64,000 bases of DNA from Gemmatimonadales bacterium (GTDB lineage: Bacteria; Gemmatimonadota; Gemmatimonadetes; Gemmatimonadales; GWC2-71-9): positions 1,088,001 to 1,152,000 of the forward strand of contig OZ252244.1 in assembly GCA_965249575.1 (NCBI GenBank), in the 5' to 3' direction. Shown in pieces: positions 1-10,434 of this stretch (within the stretch, counting starts at the first letter, position 1; each line of letters begins with the position of its first letter). Position numbers and translations under genes: made by a program. The notes beneath the pieces are model-generated. The model searched no databases. It was given only the letters and a program-made list of their open reading frames with translations, and was not told the DNA's origin.

Positions 1-216
1 GCGGTTGACTGAAAAAGCATAGCGTATCCAGCCGAATGGGAGCATGATCAAGTCAGCCGGGGAAGCGGAGGCGGGCTCTGCGGGAGCGCAACCCGCCAAG
101 GAATACTGGCTGCAGACTCATCGAAACGATGAGCGCGGGGTGCGCGCCCACTTAGGCCGCATCCCGCCTTGTGTTTCGCCATCGGATCGATAGATCTGCT
201 CATGCCTTGAGAAAAC

Positions 217-1038
217 TCAGGCGGCGTCAGCCGCCTCTTCCAACAGCCGCTCATACTCTTCCGGCGGCCGATAGCCCAGCGAGGAATGCAATCGCGTGTG
301 ATTGTATTCCCGCTCAATATAGGCGCCGATCTCGGCCTGCGCCTCGGTCAAACTTTCATACTCGTTGCATTCGACTTCCTCCGTTTTCAAAGTCTTGAAA
401 AAGCTTTCCACGTAAGCGTTGTCCTGCGGCCGGCCCTTGCGGCTCATCGACATCCTCGCGCCGTCTTGCCGCAGTGTTGCTACATAAGCCTCCGAAGCGT
501 ACTGCGAACCTTGGTCGGAATGATGAATCCAACCCGGCGCCGGACGCCGGCTGCTCAACGCTTGTCTCAGCGCCACCATCGGCAACTCGGTTTTCATATT
601 CGGACCCACGGCCCAACCCACGACGCGCCGCGAAAACACGTCTAACACCACAGCCACATAGACGAAGCGGTTTCTCAATCGCACATAACTGATATCGGAG
701 CCCCACAGCTTGTTCGGACCCGTTGGCCGGAACTCGCGCGCCAGGTTCGGATAACGCCGCAGCTCGTGCTTGGAATCGGTCGTTTGCGGAGCCGTCCGGC
801 GACTCTGGCGCAATAGGTTCTCTTCGCGCATCACCCGCTGCACGCGCTTGCGGTTGAGCGTCAGCTCTTGACGGCGCACTTGATGGGTCGTCCGCCGCGT
901 GCCGTAGGCCGGATGGTCCAAGGCGGCGTTGACGATCGCCTGACGAAGTCGCCGGGCGCGCTCGCTGTCGGGTTTCGGCTTGCGGTAGAGGCTGGCGCGA
1001 GCCAGCCCGCTCAACGGGCACAAATCGCGTGTGCTCAT
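217..1038 (-). CDS. IS3 transposase OrfB (DDE integrase core)
   Basis: WGSDISY, DVFSRRVVGW, HHSDQGSQY, DNAYVESFFKTLKTE, YNHTRLHSSLGY motifs; AAGGAGG RBS; ATGA overlap with orfA. Confidence 0.95.
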   Translation of the reverse strand: MSTRDLCPLSGLARASLYRKPKPDSERARRLRQAIVNAALDHPAYGTRRTTHQVRRQELTLNRKRVQRVMREENLLRQSRRTAPQTTDSKHELRRYPNLAREFRPTGPNKLWGSDISYVRLRNRFVYVAVVLDVFSRRVVGWAVGPNMKTELPMVALRQALSSRRPAPGWIHHSDQGSQYASEAYVATLRQDGARMSMSRKGRPQDNAYVESFFKTLKTEEVECNEYESLTEAQAEIGAYIEREYNHTRLHSSLGYRPPEEYERLLEEAADAA

Positions 1039-1430
1039 TTTGCCTCCTTTGCCTTGCCGCCTTGCGGCCCGTACTTCGTCAGCGACACGCCGGTTCCACT
1101 GACGATGCTCGGCCGGCGCAGATCCTCGACACGCCGCAAGGCTGCGGACAAAAAATCAATCTCCATGACCTGGCGACCGACTTTGCGTTCCAGCTCGGCG
1201 ACGCGGGCCTCGGCTTCGCGTCCGGGCTCGACGCGGGCGCTGCCGTCGGGGCGGCGTCCTGGGCCGGGAAAGGCTCCCTCGACGCCGTAGCGCTCGACTT
1301 GCGCCAGCCAGTCGTAGAGCTTTTCGCGTTTAACCTCGAGCTCGCGCGCTAAGGCCGAACCCGACTCGCCGGCTTCGAGCCGCCTGACGGCCGCCAGCTT
1401 GAACTCCTTTGTGAATCGTCTTCGAGACAA
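1035..1430 (-). CDS. IS3 transposase OrfA (HTH)
   Basis: RRFTKEFKLAAVRRL..SALARELEV..LYDW HTH followed by coiled coil AELERKVGRQVMEIDFL. Confidence 0.9.
   Translation of the reverse strand: MSRRRFTKEFKLAAVRRLEAGESGSALARELEVKREKLYDWLAQVERYGVEGAFPGPGRRPDGSARVEPGREAEARVAELERKVGRQVMEIDFLSAALRRVEDLRRPSIVSGTGVSLTKYGPQGGKAKEAK
1149..1155 (-). promoter_or_regulatory. Putative -1 ribosomal frameshift site (T TTT TTG) producing an OrfAB fusion
   Basis: T6G run in orfA; the -1 frame is open from here into orfB. Confidence 0.5.
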
Positions 1431-1678
1431 TCGAACCTCCTTACCGTTCCCTGGTCCATTGTCCCTTCTTTCCTGGTCTCACTTTTGGGGTCCATTCCAG
1501 AAATGTGCTTGACAACGCTTCCGCCTCGAATTTGCTGGATCGGAAAAAGGGAATTCGGTGACAATTGGGCTTCCGCTTTTTCGGCACGACCTGAATTCCG
1601 TAACTCCTTCAAATCTAATGGTTTATTCTCCTGAGCCGACCGGTGAGTGGTTATGAAGAGGGTTGCGCAAGGGGAGTA

Positions 1679-1703
1679 ACGGGGGCGCCGACGGCGCCCC
1701 CGT
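1679..1703. repeat. Perfect inverted repeat ACGGGGGCGCCG-A-CGGCGCCCCCGT
   Basis: 12-bp arms read directly. Confidence 0.7.
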
Positions 1704-1857
1704 ACTGGCGAGGAGGGCCTACTTTGCAACGCGTGCGCGACCTCCGACCGCACTCTTTCGTTGTCGAGTCCCTCCTCGGGAGTACCGCACGCTTGCGCGG
1801 CTGCTGGCCGTGCCCTTTCGTTGTCCAGCCCTTCCTCACATCGTTCGAGACCCTTGC

Positions 1858-2805
1858 ATGGTGACGCTCGAAGACATCCGCACTGCCCGCGAACGCATTG
1901 CCGGAGGCGTCCACCGCACGCCGCTGGCCAGCGCTACGTCGTTGGGCGATCTCGTGGGAACGCGAGTCTACCTGAAGGCGGAATGCCTGCAGAAGACCGG
2001 CTCCTTCAAAGTGCGGGGAGTCCTCAACGCACTCGGATCAATGGATCCCGACGAGCGTGGCCGAGGACTGGTCTCCATCTCGGCGGGCAACCACGCGGCG
2101 GCCCTGGCGTGGGGGGCCGCATGCACGGGCACCCACGCTACCATCGTGATGCCGGAGCGTGCCAGCCCAGCGAAGATCGAAGTCACAAAAGCCTATGGGG
2201 GTGACGTAGATCTGACCGATGGTCCGCTCTTGGAGCGGTGTCACGAGCTCCAAGCCTCTCGCGGGCTCACGCTGGTCCATCCCTTCGACGACCCCTTGGT
2301 GGTTGCCGGCCAGGGGACGCTCGGGCTTGAGGTTCTCGAGGACCTGCCGGAGGTCGAGACCGTCATCGTCCCAATCGGTGGTGGAGGCCTAATCGCCGGC
2401 GTCGCGACCGCGATCAAGGAGGAGCGGCCGGACGTGAGGATCGTGGGTGTGGAGCCGGTGGGTGCCGACGTGGTCTCGCGGAGCCTGGCGGCGGGCCGGC
2501 CGGTGACGATGGACGACATGCACACCATTGCGGACGGACTCGCTGCCCCGTTCTGCGGTACGATCCCATTCAAACAGATTGGACATTACGTCGACGACGT
2601 CGTCCGGGTCGACGACGAAGCAATCGCGCGGGCTGTGTGTCTGATTCTCGAACGAGCCAAGCTCGTCACCGAACCGGCTGGAGCCGCCGCTCTTGCCGCT
2701 CTGCTGGCCGGCGCCGTCGAACCTCGAGGCACGGTGGTCTGCATGCTGAGCGGGGGAAATGTCGATGCATCGGTGTTGCGGACCATCTTAGCGGATTCGC
2801 GATAA
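1858..2805 (+). CDS. PLP-dependent threonine/serine dehydratase (fold type II, no regulatory domain)
   Basis: KAECLQKTGSFKVRG, SAGNHA, HPFDD, GQGT, PIGGGGLIAG, LSGGN; ATG at 1858. Confidence 0.9.
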   Translation: MVTLEDIRTARERIAGGVHRTPLASATSLGDLVGTRVYLKAECLQKTGSFKVRGVLNALGSMDPDERGRGLVSISAGNHAAALAWGAACTGTHATIVMPERASPAKIEVTKAYGGDVDLTDGPLLERCHELQASRGLTLVHPFDDPLVVAGQGTLGLEVLEDLPEVETVIVPIGGGGLIAGVATAIKEERPDVRIVGVEPVGADVVSRSLAAGRPVTMDDMHTIADGLAAPFCGTIPFKQIGHYVDDVVRVDDEAIARAVCLILERAKLVTEPAGAAALAALLAGAVEPRGTVVCMLSGGNVDASVLRTILADSR

Positions 2806-3636
2806 TGCGCTCGGGCTGCCGTTGACCACCACATGCTCCGCGGCGCCGTCTCCCGCAACGAAGATGATGTTGCCACCCCGAGCGTAAGCCAATGCACGCG
2901 CGGTCGTGTACGGCCCTCGGCGGGTGTCTCCATGGACAATGAACCAGGCATCGCCGTCCAGAGCGAGATACGCCGTGGCCAACCCTGACGGCGCGAACCG
3001 GAACTCGGAGATCGCGTCGTGCTCGGCGCCGGGGTTCCCGTCGACGATCAGCCGCGCCGTAGCACCGTCACGTGCCACATAACCGACATGCCACCCGTCC
3101 GGGCTGAACGTGACATCGCCCATGCCGTCGTGGCCGGGGCCTATTGAACCGTCGATCACGACGGCCACCCGTCCGTCCCGCTCTGCCGCGAACGCCACGT
3201 GCCGGCCCGATGGGTCGAACGTGAGGGACCGGGAGAAGACGGCGTCGAACGGCTCGCCATACGCGCCGTCAACCACGACGTGCCACGCGCTGTCCCGAAG
3301 CGCTACGTACGCCAGCCGCGCACCGTCCGGGCTGAGAGCGATCCCACCGATCCCCTGAGCAGCAGGTCCGGGCCGACCGTCGTGCACCACGAACCACTCA
3401 TCGCTCTCCCGAACGGGGAAGGCCACGCTTCGACTGTCCTTGGAAAACGTGATATGAGGCAGCGTCACGGCGTCGTAGCAGGTTCGCGGCTCCATGCCGA
3501 AGCGCACGCAGGAGCGGCCGTCGACCGAAAAGACCTCGAAGTCGGTGTGGTGGTCGGGACTCACCCCCCGCCAGACCCTCGGGGGGCCGCATGCGGCACA
3601 CGCCAGCGCCAGCAGCGCCACGGCCGGGCGAGGCAC
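2788..3636 (-). CDS. Lipoprotein with PD40/WD40-like beta-propeller repeats, probably 3'-truncated
   Basis: lipobox LALACAAC; about five repeats of F/LSPDG..AYVA..DG.W.VV.DG..G; ends abruptly, overlapping the convergent dehydratase gene. Confidence 0.65.
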   Translation of the reverse strand: MPRPAVALLALACAACGPPRVWRGVSPDHHTDFEVFSVDGRSCVRFGMEPRTCYDAVTLPHITFSKDSRSVAFPVRESDEWFVVHDGRPGPAAQGIGGIALSPDGARLAYVALRDSAWHVVVDGAYGEPFDAVFSRSLTFDPSGRHVAFAAERDGRVAVVIDGSIGPGHDGMGDVTFSPDGWHVGYVARDGATARLIVDGNPGAEHDAISEFRFAPSGLATAYLALDGDAWFIVHGDTRRGPYTTARALAYARGGNIIFVAGDGAAEHVVVNGSPSALSRIR

Positions 3637-3644
3637 GGAACGGG

Positions 3645-4167
3645 CTATACCTTTGGGAGGGGGTTTCGCGTCCACGCGCCGGTGAGAGTGCCCTCGACCA
3701 CAGTGGTGCCGCTCACGGTCGCCTCCGCCTCGAAGCGGATGAAGTCGCCGTAGTCGCCCATCCACTGCACGTGATAGTCCAGGCGGCATCCTGGGAACAC
3801 CGGCTGCATGAACTTCAAGTCGACGGCGGTATCCTCGGTCCAAGTTGCGCAGTGATTCGAGAACCCTTTCGGGATCATCGTCCGCTTCCGACGCGGCTCG
3901 CGTCAATACCGTGAGCACGGTGAGGATGGTGGCGCTCTGCTCGAGGCCTTCCAGACTTAACGCCCCCGGCCAAATCGGCATGTCTGGAAAATGCCCTTCA
4001 AAGAAAGGCTCGTTCATTGAGATGTGACGTCCGGATTCGATCGTGGGGATGCGGTCGGTGTGGAACGCGTGGACGAAGTCCACCATGAGCATCGGGCGGC
4101 GCTGCTTGAGGAGCAGCTCCACGACTTTCGAGCCAAGCTGGAGGTTCCCTGGTCGCTTGGGGCTCAC
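3645..4167 (-). pseudogene. FabZ-like 3-hydroxyacyl-ACP dehydratase with a frame break at ~3830
   Basis: QRRPMLMVD, FFEGHFPDMPIWPG, EGLEQS in one frame; VDLKFMQPVFPGCRL..F.AEATV.G in another; GTG overlaps the fabD stop. Confidence 0.75.
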
Positions 4168-5075
4168 GCCGCACTGCCCTTCGCCCATGCGTCCAGCGCC
4201 TGGGGGCCTTCGATGGGACCCACCCGCACAGCGTAGCCCAGCACGTCGCGCACCAGTCCCCTGAGGATCTTCGCGGGACCGATCGTGAGCACCTCCGCTA
4301 CGCCGTTGAGTACCAGCGCGTGCATGGACCGAACCCACTGGACCGGGTGGGTGAGCTGTTCCGCGAGCAGGGTCGGAATATCTTCGACCCGCTCGACGAC
4401 GTCACCCGTGCGGTTCGAAATCCATCGGGAACGGAGGGGCGCGAGTGCCAGGCTCCCGATGCGGTTTCTCAGCTCGTCGACCGCGCCGGCCAAGGCTGGG
4501 CTGTGCCAAGGACCCGGGACGTCAAGCGGGGCTGTGCGGATAAGCTCGCGGACCCTTGTGAGGCCCGCTCGATCACCCGAGACGGCGATTTGCGAGGGGC
4601 TGTTGTACGCCGCGACGGCGACGACGCCGCACGTGTCCGCATCCGCCACTGCCCGTGCGACCTCCGCTTCCTCAACATCGGTTACGACCATCCCGCCGGG
4701 ACATAGGGAGGCTTGCCGGGCCATCAGGCGCCCGCGTTCCGCGGCGAGCTCGATTGCGTCCTCGGGCGAGAACGCACCGCCGGCTGCGCACGCCGCCAGC
4801 TCCCCAAGCGAGTGGCCCGCGACAACCCCCGGCCGCACCCCGCGTTCCACCAGATCGAGATGGATCCCGAGGCACAGGCCGGTGAGCGCCGGTTGCAGCA
4901 GTTCGGTTCGCGCCAGCGCTCGGCCCCCCCGTGCGAACAGTTGCTCGTGATCGACCCCGGCCTCGCGCACCGCCACACCCATCAACCGCCGGACGTTCGC
5001 GGAGCGTGCACACCACTCGGCAACGCTCCGCTCGATGGCGACTCCTTGGCCGGGAAACAGGAAAGCCCGAGTCAC
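4164..5075 (-). CDS. fabD: ACP S-malonyltransferase (FabD-like)
   Basis: AFLFPGQG, QPAL, GHSLGE, YNSPSQ..VSG, PWHS, QLTHPVQW, IGP. Confidence 0.85.
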   Translation of the reverse strand: MTRAFLFPGQGVAIERSVAEWCARSANVRRLMGVAVREAGVDHEQLFARGGRALARTELLQPALTGLCLGIHLDLVERGVRPGVVAGHSLGELAACAAGGAFSPEDAIELAAERGRLMARQASLCPGGMVVTDVEEAEVARAVADADTCGVVAVAAYNSPSQIAVSGDRAGLTRVRELIRTAPLDVPGPWHSPALAGAVDELRNRIGSLALAPLRSRWISNRTGDVVERVEDIPTLLAEQLTHPVQWVRSMHALVLNGVAEVLTIGPAKILRGLVRDVLGYAVRVGPIEGPQALDAWAKGSAA

Positions 5076-5445
5076 AGCGACATTCCCCCGTCCACCACGA
5101 TGCACTGGCCCACGACGTAGCTCGCGGCCGGAGAGGCGAGGAAGAGCACCACGCTGGCAAGCTCCTCACCTTCGCCGAAGCGACCGATGGGGATCATCTT
5201 GCCCCTCGCCTCCGCGATCCGCCGGTCCAGCCGGGCGCCCATGCCGGTCTTGAACAATCCTGGCGCCACCGCGTTGACCCGCACGCCGTACGGCGCCATT
5301 TCCGCGGCCAGGGTGGCCGTGAGGCCAATCACGCCGGCCTTGGACGCCGAGTAGTTCGCCTGGCCCGGGCTGGCCCGGACGCCGGCGATCGACGAGACAT
5401 TGACGATCGCTCCGGATCGCCTTGCCATCATCGGGCGGACCGACC
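5072..5445 (-). pseudogene. fabG: FabG-like SDR, C-terminal half only
   Basis: IVNVSS, YSASK, VNAVAPG, GRFGEGEE, VDGG present; the N-terminal TGxxxGIG Rossmann motif is absent. Confidence 0.8.
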
Positions 5446-6621
5446 CAGGCCCGATCGATCTCAGCCCGGCGAATGGCGATGGTGGCGGCGGCCAACGCGA
5501 GCGCTGACGGCAGCGCAGCGGGCCGTGCGGAGCCCGCAAAGTCGCGTTCGTCGAACACCTGATCCGCTGTCGCGTTGCCCGTCTCGTGTCGGACCTGCGC
5601 CATCGCGCTGTCTAGAGCGCCGGGACCAGCAACACTCCACCCGGGAGGCCCAAAGCGTCTTGGACCGACGAAGTGCAGGGTGGGAGCGACGACCCCTCGC
5701 TTCATCGTCAGGATCGTGACGATCACTTCGAGGGCGCCGGCGGCACCCTGGGTGTGGCCGATGGCGCCTTTGGTCGAACTGACCGGAACGGTGGCCTCCC
5801 CGCCCAGCGCCCGCTGGATCCCGCGCCATTCCGACGGATCGTTGGCCTCCGTCCCTGACCCGTGCGCGTTCACGTAGCCGATATCCGAGGGTTGAAGAGA
5901 GGCATCTGCCAAGGCCGAGCGGACCGCACGGTACACCCCACCGCCCTTCGGGTCGGGCGACGTCTCGTGATGCGCATCGGCCGAAAGCCCGTACCCGGCG
6001 AGGGTGGCGATGGGCTCAGCGTTCCTGGCGAAGGCGGACTGACTGCGTTCCAGAACCAGGAAGCCGGCGCCGGCGGCGCTCGAGCAGTGCGTGAAACCCC
6101 GCGAACACCTCGGGCGAAAGCACGTCCGCTCCGCCGGTGATCACGGCATCGGCGGCGTCCATGGCAAGGAGGTCGCGTGCGATGCCGATTGCCGACGTCG
6201 AGGAGGAGCACGCGGTGGAAATCGTAATGACGGGGCCGGCAACATCCAGGTTTTGCACGACGTCCTGGGCGAGCTCGTGGACATCGCGGTCCGGGTCGCC
6301 CAACGACGTACCGAGCACGAAACCGATCCGATGGGGCGGCGGGCCGGCGGTGAGGCGCGCCTGGCACACGGCCTCCTCGGCCGCGCGCATGGCGAACTGC
6401 CTGCACAGGCCCCAAGCGGCGGATCCGCCGGAGGGCTCCACCTCCCAATCCCGCACTTCGGCGCCGGTGTGCACCATGAACTCTTCTGTGCTGAAGCGGC
6501 AAATTGCCCGGATGCCGTCCACACCCCGTTGCAGGGCGTCATCGAGCGCGGCGCAATCGTGGGCGACCGCGCAAACGGCTCCGAGGCCCGTGACTACCGC
6601 ATCAACTGGGACGGGCGGCAT
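5446..6621 (-). pseudogene. FabF-like beta-ketoacyl synthase (probably a KS plus second KS-like domain) with internal deletions
   Basis: VVTGLGAV, TACSSS, GGAD; frame break at ~6080; then GAGFLVLE, GYGLSADAHH, NAHGSGT, STKGAIGHTQGAAG; the C-terminal FGG motif is missing. Confidence 0.8.
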
Positions 6622-6663
6622 GTGAGGCGATGGGTCAGGTCGCGTCGCGAGGCGTTTTACGCA

Positions 6664-7415
6664 CCTATAAGAAGCGTGATCAGCCCAACCAAGATGACGA
6701 TCACGCCGACGGTCCCCCAATCAATCCCCCGATGACGGCCCCTGGGCTGTCCACCCCCGCGCCGATCGCGACGAGTAACGCGCTGCCTGCGAGTATGAGG
6801 ACGCCGATGCCCATCGTCTTTAGCCCTTGCTAGGGCGCCCGTTGCGCTTGGATTGCTCCACCTGCCAAAACGCCCGCTCGCTCACCTTGGCGACGAGCCA
6901 GCGCTGCCGGGCTTCAGACTGGATATCCGACGCCGATACTTTCTCAGCCTTCACCACGTACTCGTTGACGAGCAGGCTGGGCGGCTGGTGCTGGAGCCGC
7001 CATCCCACCTGCAGCATCTGCGTGCGGAACTGGTGCCGGCGCGCGCCGGAAAGCCCGGACCGGGCGGCCTCCTCGTCCAGCGTTTCGCTGACATGACTGA
7101 CAAACGCCGGCCGCTCGCGCAGTTCGGATTGCACCCGCGCGAGGTCCTCCGGTGCCTGACCGTGGAGCAGTTCGGTGATGCCCGCAATCGACTCATCCAT
7201 GTCCGGCTGCACAGCCCACATGCGGTCCTGCATCCCCGGGTGCACCTGGGATTCTACCGGCAGATCACCGAACATTCCGGTCGCGTACATGGTCTTCAAG
7301 GATTTCCGGCCCAGCGAGTCGAGCATGGATGCGTCGCCCCGGAAGTCCGGGAAGCTGCTCGAAATCGACCATTCCTCAATGCGCCCGATGCCCAGGTCGA
7401 AGCGGTTCAGATAGG
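6664..7415 (-). pseudogene. 5'-truncated hypothetical protein with a frameshifted C-terminal membrane hairpin
   Basis: Open frame with no start codon upstream of 7326; hydrophobic tail MGIGVLILAGSALL..GGTVGVIVILVGLITLL lies in another frame. Confidence 0.45.
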
Positions 7416-7883
7416 TACTTAGAGAGCGGCCGCATCGCGGGTCGCTGCGCCGTGGCCGAGCGCGTGTTCAGCGGGTTCGCCGAGGGATTCGCAGAGATCT
7501 ACCGCGGGCAGTACCGGCACTTTGGATCGCCGGCGTACGTCGCAACCAAGGTGACGTGGGATAGCGCGCTCTACTTCGGGTTCCACACGCTGCTGTTCCG
7601 GCACGGCCTGTTCGGGGATCCGGCCTTCCTGGCGGAGATTCGCCCCGATGTGCGCGCCGTACAGAGCGTGCAGGCGCGCGTGCAGGGAAGGTTGCGCCAG
7701 GGTGACTTTCAGCCGCTCGTGGACGTGGGCAGCGGCACTGTCGAGTGGGGCTCCATCGAGTGGCTCATGGACTGCTACTTCGGAGCCAGAGAGCAGCCGG
7801 ACCGGCGCGCCGTGCTGGCGGCGCTCCGCGCCACGCTGACTAGGCTAGAGCGCCTCGCCCGCCGTGTAGAGGGTAAAAGTTGA
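7410..7883 (+). pseudogene. C-terminal fragment of an FAD-dependent oxidoreductase/halogenase-like protein
   Basis: IYRGQYRHFGSP...KVTWDSALYFG resembles the C-terminus of halogenase-like proteins; no N-terminal GxGxxG. Confidence 0.45.
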
Positions 7884-8581
7884 GCCTCGAGGTGGCGAGC
7901 GCCGCGTTCCTCGAGGGATACCGGCTGGCGGCGGCGGACGCTTCGCCCGCGAAGGCGCATGCGCTGATCGGGCAGCTACACGACCTGGGCCACCTCAGAA
8001 CGCCGTTTGCGTACGAGGGCGCCGCGATGGCTTGGCGCCTGAGCGACGAGCGCCGGCCCGGCGGGCGGGTGGAGGCGCTGTTCGCGGCCGCGCCGCCCGT
8101 GCGGCTTCCGTTCCTGGGACTGGGCGTGGGGTGCGCCCTTTCAAAGCTGGGCCGGGGCCTTCCCGACGAGCCGGCAATGATGGACGGCTACGGCTTTCAC
8201 GCCTGCCTGTTCGGAGGCGCCTTGGGCGGCAGGACGGAGCACACGCGACCTCGCGTGGAGCGCGGGCGCGGGTGGGCGCTGTGGTTCCGAACCGGCGGAG
8301 ACGCCGCGGCCTGTAGCCAAATGATCGCAAGGGGACCGTATGTGGGGGAACGTTGGCGCGGCGTTGCTACTGCGTGCGCGTTTGCGGGAGACCCCAGGGA
8401 ACAGGCGAGCCTCCTTACTACCTTGGCGCCCGCGTTCGCGAGCCATCTCGTGGAGGGTGTGGAAGAGGCACTCCGGTTGTGGCGCTCATTCGAAGAAGCA
8501 CCGCCGGAGAGGGTGCTTGACGTCGTCGCGTCTCTAGCGCCCCGCTGCGCCGTCCGGCAGCATCCTCCCCCCGATTCATGA
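7880..8581 (+). CDS. DUF1702 (UnbL/enediyne E3-like) protein, short
   Basis: FLEGY, FAYEGAAM, G.GCALSKL, DGYGFH, GRGWALWF..GGD, WRGVATACAFAG. Confidence 0.75.
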   Translation: MSLEVASAAFLEGYRLAAADASPAKAHALIGQLHDLGHLRTPFAYEGAAMAWRLSDERRPGGRVEALFAAAPPVRLPFLGLGVGCALSKLGRGLPDEPAMMDGYGFHACLFGGALGGRTEHTRPRVERGRGWALWFRTGGDAAACSQMIARGPYVGERWRGVATACAFAGDPREQASLLTTLAPAFASHLVEGVEEALRLWRSFEEAPPERVLDVVASLAPRCAVRQHPPPDS

Positions 8582-8803
8582 GGCAGGCGCTTGCCCCTCA
8601 GGACGTCACGGCACGCGCAATCCGGACCTATCGATCGCGAGCCCCGAATGACGAACGGAACCGGCTACCACGCGGGATCCGTTTCGGCACTGTAGAAGTT
8701 CCGCAAGCCGCTTATGAGCCGCGTGGGACCCGCACCGTTGGGCCGCACAATAACGATCAGTGGAGGTCCTGGCAGGGGATTCGCTGTCACCCTCACGACA
8801 ATC

Positions 8804-10228
8804 CTACAGAGTGACCTCTTCCACCGAGCGCCGGATGTCCTCTATGCAGTCCCGCACCCGGTCGAGGTGGGTCCGGAACGATACGATGCACACCCGTATC
8901 ACGAACCGTCCGTCGAGAGCGGTTCCCGTCAAGTAAACACGTTTGCGTGCGTTGATCGCTTCCAAAAGCCGACGGTTGACCGCGTTGACCGCCTCCTGTT
9001 CCAGATTGGGCGGACGCAGCCGAAACGCGACGACGGTCAGCTGTGGCTCGGCGACGATCTCGAGTCGGTCGATCTTCCGAAGCTCGCGCGTGGCCCAGGT
9101 CGTTAGCTCGAGTTTCTCCTCCAGATTGGACCGAAACGCCTCGATCCCGTGCATCTTGATCGGCAGCCACACCCGCAAACCGCGGAACGGTCTGGTGAGC
9201 TCGGGAGAGATCTGATAGAAGTCGACGAATTCGTCCGTCTCCGGCGGCGGCGGCAGGTAGTGACCAGACGTGGCGTGGGCGCGGGCCAGCACGTCGCGGT
9301 CCCGCACCAACAGCGAGCCCGTCCCATACGGCATGAAGAGCGCCTTATGGGGATCGAGCGTTACGGAATGGGCCCGAGCAAGACCCTCCATGACCTGGCG
9401 GCCTCGGTGTGTGAGCGCGAAGAAGCCGCCGTACGCTGCGTCGACGTGGAGCCACATGTCCTCGTCGCGGGCCACGTCGGCCAGCCCACCCAGATCGTCA
9501 ACGGCCCCGGTGTTGACAGTCCCCGCGTTGCCGGCAATGAGAAAGGGTGTCAGCTCCTTCGACCTGTCACGCTCAATCTGATCCCGCAAGAGATCGAGGT
9601 CGATACGAAAGCGATCATCCGTGGGGATCGTCCGAAAGTTCGCCGCTGGGAACCCCGCTAGCATCACCGCCCGTTCCATCGACTGATGCACCTGGGTCGA
9701 GCCGTAGATCGTCCCCGAGAGGAAGTTCTCGGGCAATCGATCTCTCCGCGCCGCGAACACCGCGCTCAAGTTGGCCAGCGATCCGCCGCTCGTGAGGAAC
9801 CCCCCGGCGTTCGCCGGGTAGCCTATGATTTCGCAAAACCACCGGACGACGGTAGCTTCGATCTGCGCCAGGCCCGGAGCGACCGACCACACCCCGATGT
9901 AGCGATTCACCGCGGCGGCGATAAGGTCTGCCACGGCCGCGTGCAACACGCCGCCGCCCGGTATGTAGGCCAGATAGCCGGGGCCGGCCGCGTTCATGCT
10001 AACGGGAATGGCGCGCTCGAATAACGTGCTGAGGAGCTGCTCGATCGGCTGGCCCGCCTCGGGGAGTTGCTCCATGAGCGACCGGGCAACCTCCGCCCCA
10101 TTCTCCGCGTTGGAGGCTGGCTGGTTGGGCAGTGAGGCTACGTGCGGGATGATGCGGTCCAGCGCGAGATTCACCCACCGCCGGAATTCCTCCCCCGGCG
10201 GCTCGAGCACGGGATGCTGATCGCTCAC
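8804..10228 (-). CDS. PLP-dependent group II (aromatic amino-acid-type) decarboxylase
   Basis: YLAYIPGGG, TSGGSLAN, AGTVNTGAVD, HVDAAYGG, LDPHK, ELTRPFRGLRVW. Confidence 0.9.
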   Translation of the reverse strand: MSDQHPVLEPPGEEFRRWVNLALDRIIPHVASLPNQPASNAENGAEVARSLMEQLPEAGQPIEQLLSTLFERAIPVSMNAAGPGYLAYIPGGGVLHAAVADLIAAAVNRYIGVWSVAPGLAQIEATVVRWFCEIIGYPANAGGFLTSGGSLANLSAVFAARRDRLPENFLSGTIYGSTQVHQSMERAVMLAGFPAANFRTIPTDDRFRIDLDLLRDQIERDRSKELTPFLIAGNAGTVNTGAVDDLGGLADVARDEDMWLHVDAAYGGFFALTHRGRQVMEGLARAHSVTLDPHKALFMPYGTGSLLVRDRDVLARAHATSGHYLPPPPETDEFVDFYQISPELTRPFRGLRVWLPIKMHGIEAFRSNLEEKLELTTWATRELRKIDRLEIVAEPQLTVVAFRLRPPNLEQEAVNAVNRRLLEAINARKRVYLTGTALDGRFVIRVCIVSFRTHLDRVRDCIEDIRRSVEEVTL

Positions 10229-10434
10229 AGCGACTGCTCGTTCCAGGCCGCGGGTCCTTCGGCTCGCGAGCGGGGTAGTAGAGCGTTGGCGGGGCACATT
10301 CGTAGGTAAAGCTGGTCTACGGCCACCTTCACGCAAGTGCCGGAGACGAGGTAGCGTAGGCAGGTCGGCCGGGATCGCACGAGAGGGCGGGCACCGCCCA
10401 GTGCTGGTACGGGTCTTTGCCTCCCGGAGAGTAT

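Larger units (their letters stand above)
1..1499 (-). mobile_element. IS3-family insertion sequence; left end at 1499, right end probably beyond the window start
   Basis: orfA/orfB pair; the minus strand begins TGGAATGGACCCCAAAAGTGAGAC at 1499 (5'-TG terminus typical of IS3); no matching inverted repeat found in 1-216. Confidence 0.85.

Noticed and set aside
1600..1626. IHF-like or CRISPR-leader-like AT-rich motif
   Set aside because: Imperfect match and no array or recombinase nearby
2788..4338. 516-aa FabZ-propeller fusion ORF
   Set aside because: Created by the frame break in FabZ; the FabZ C-terminus and the lipoprotein signal show two separate genes
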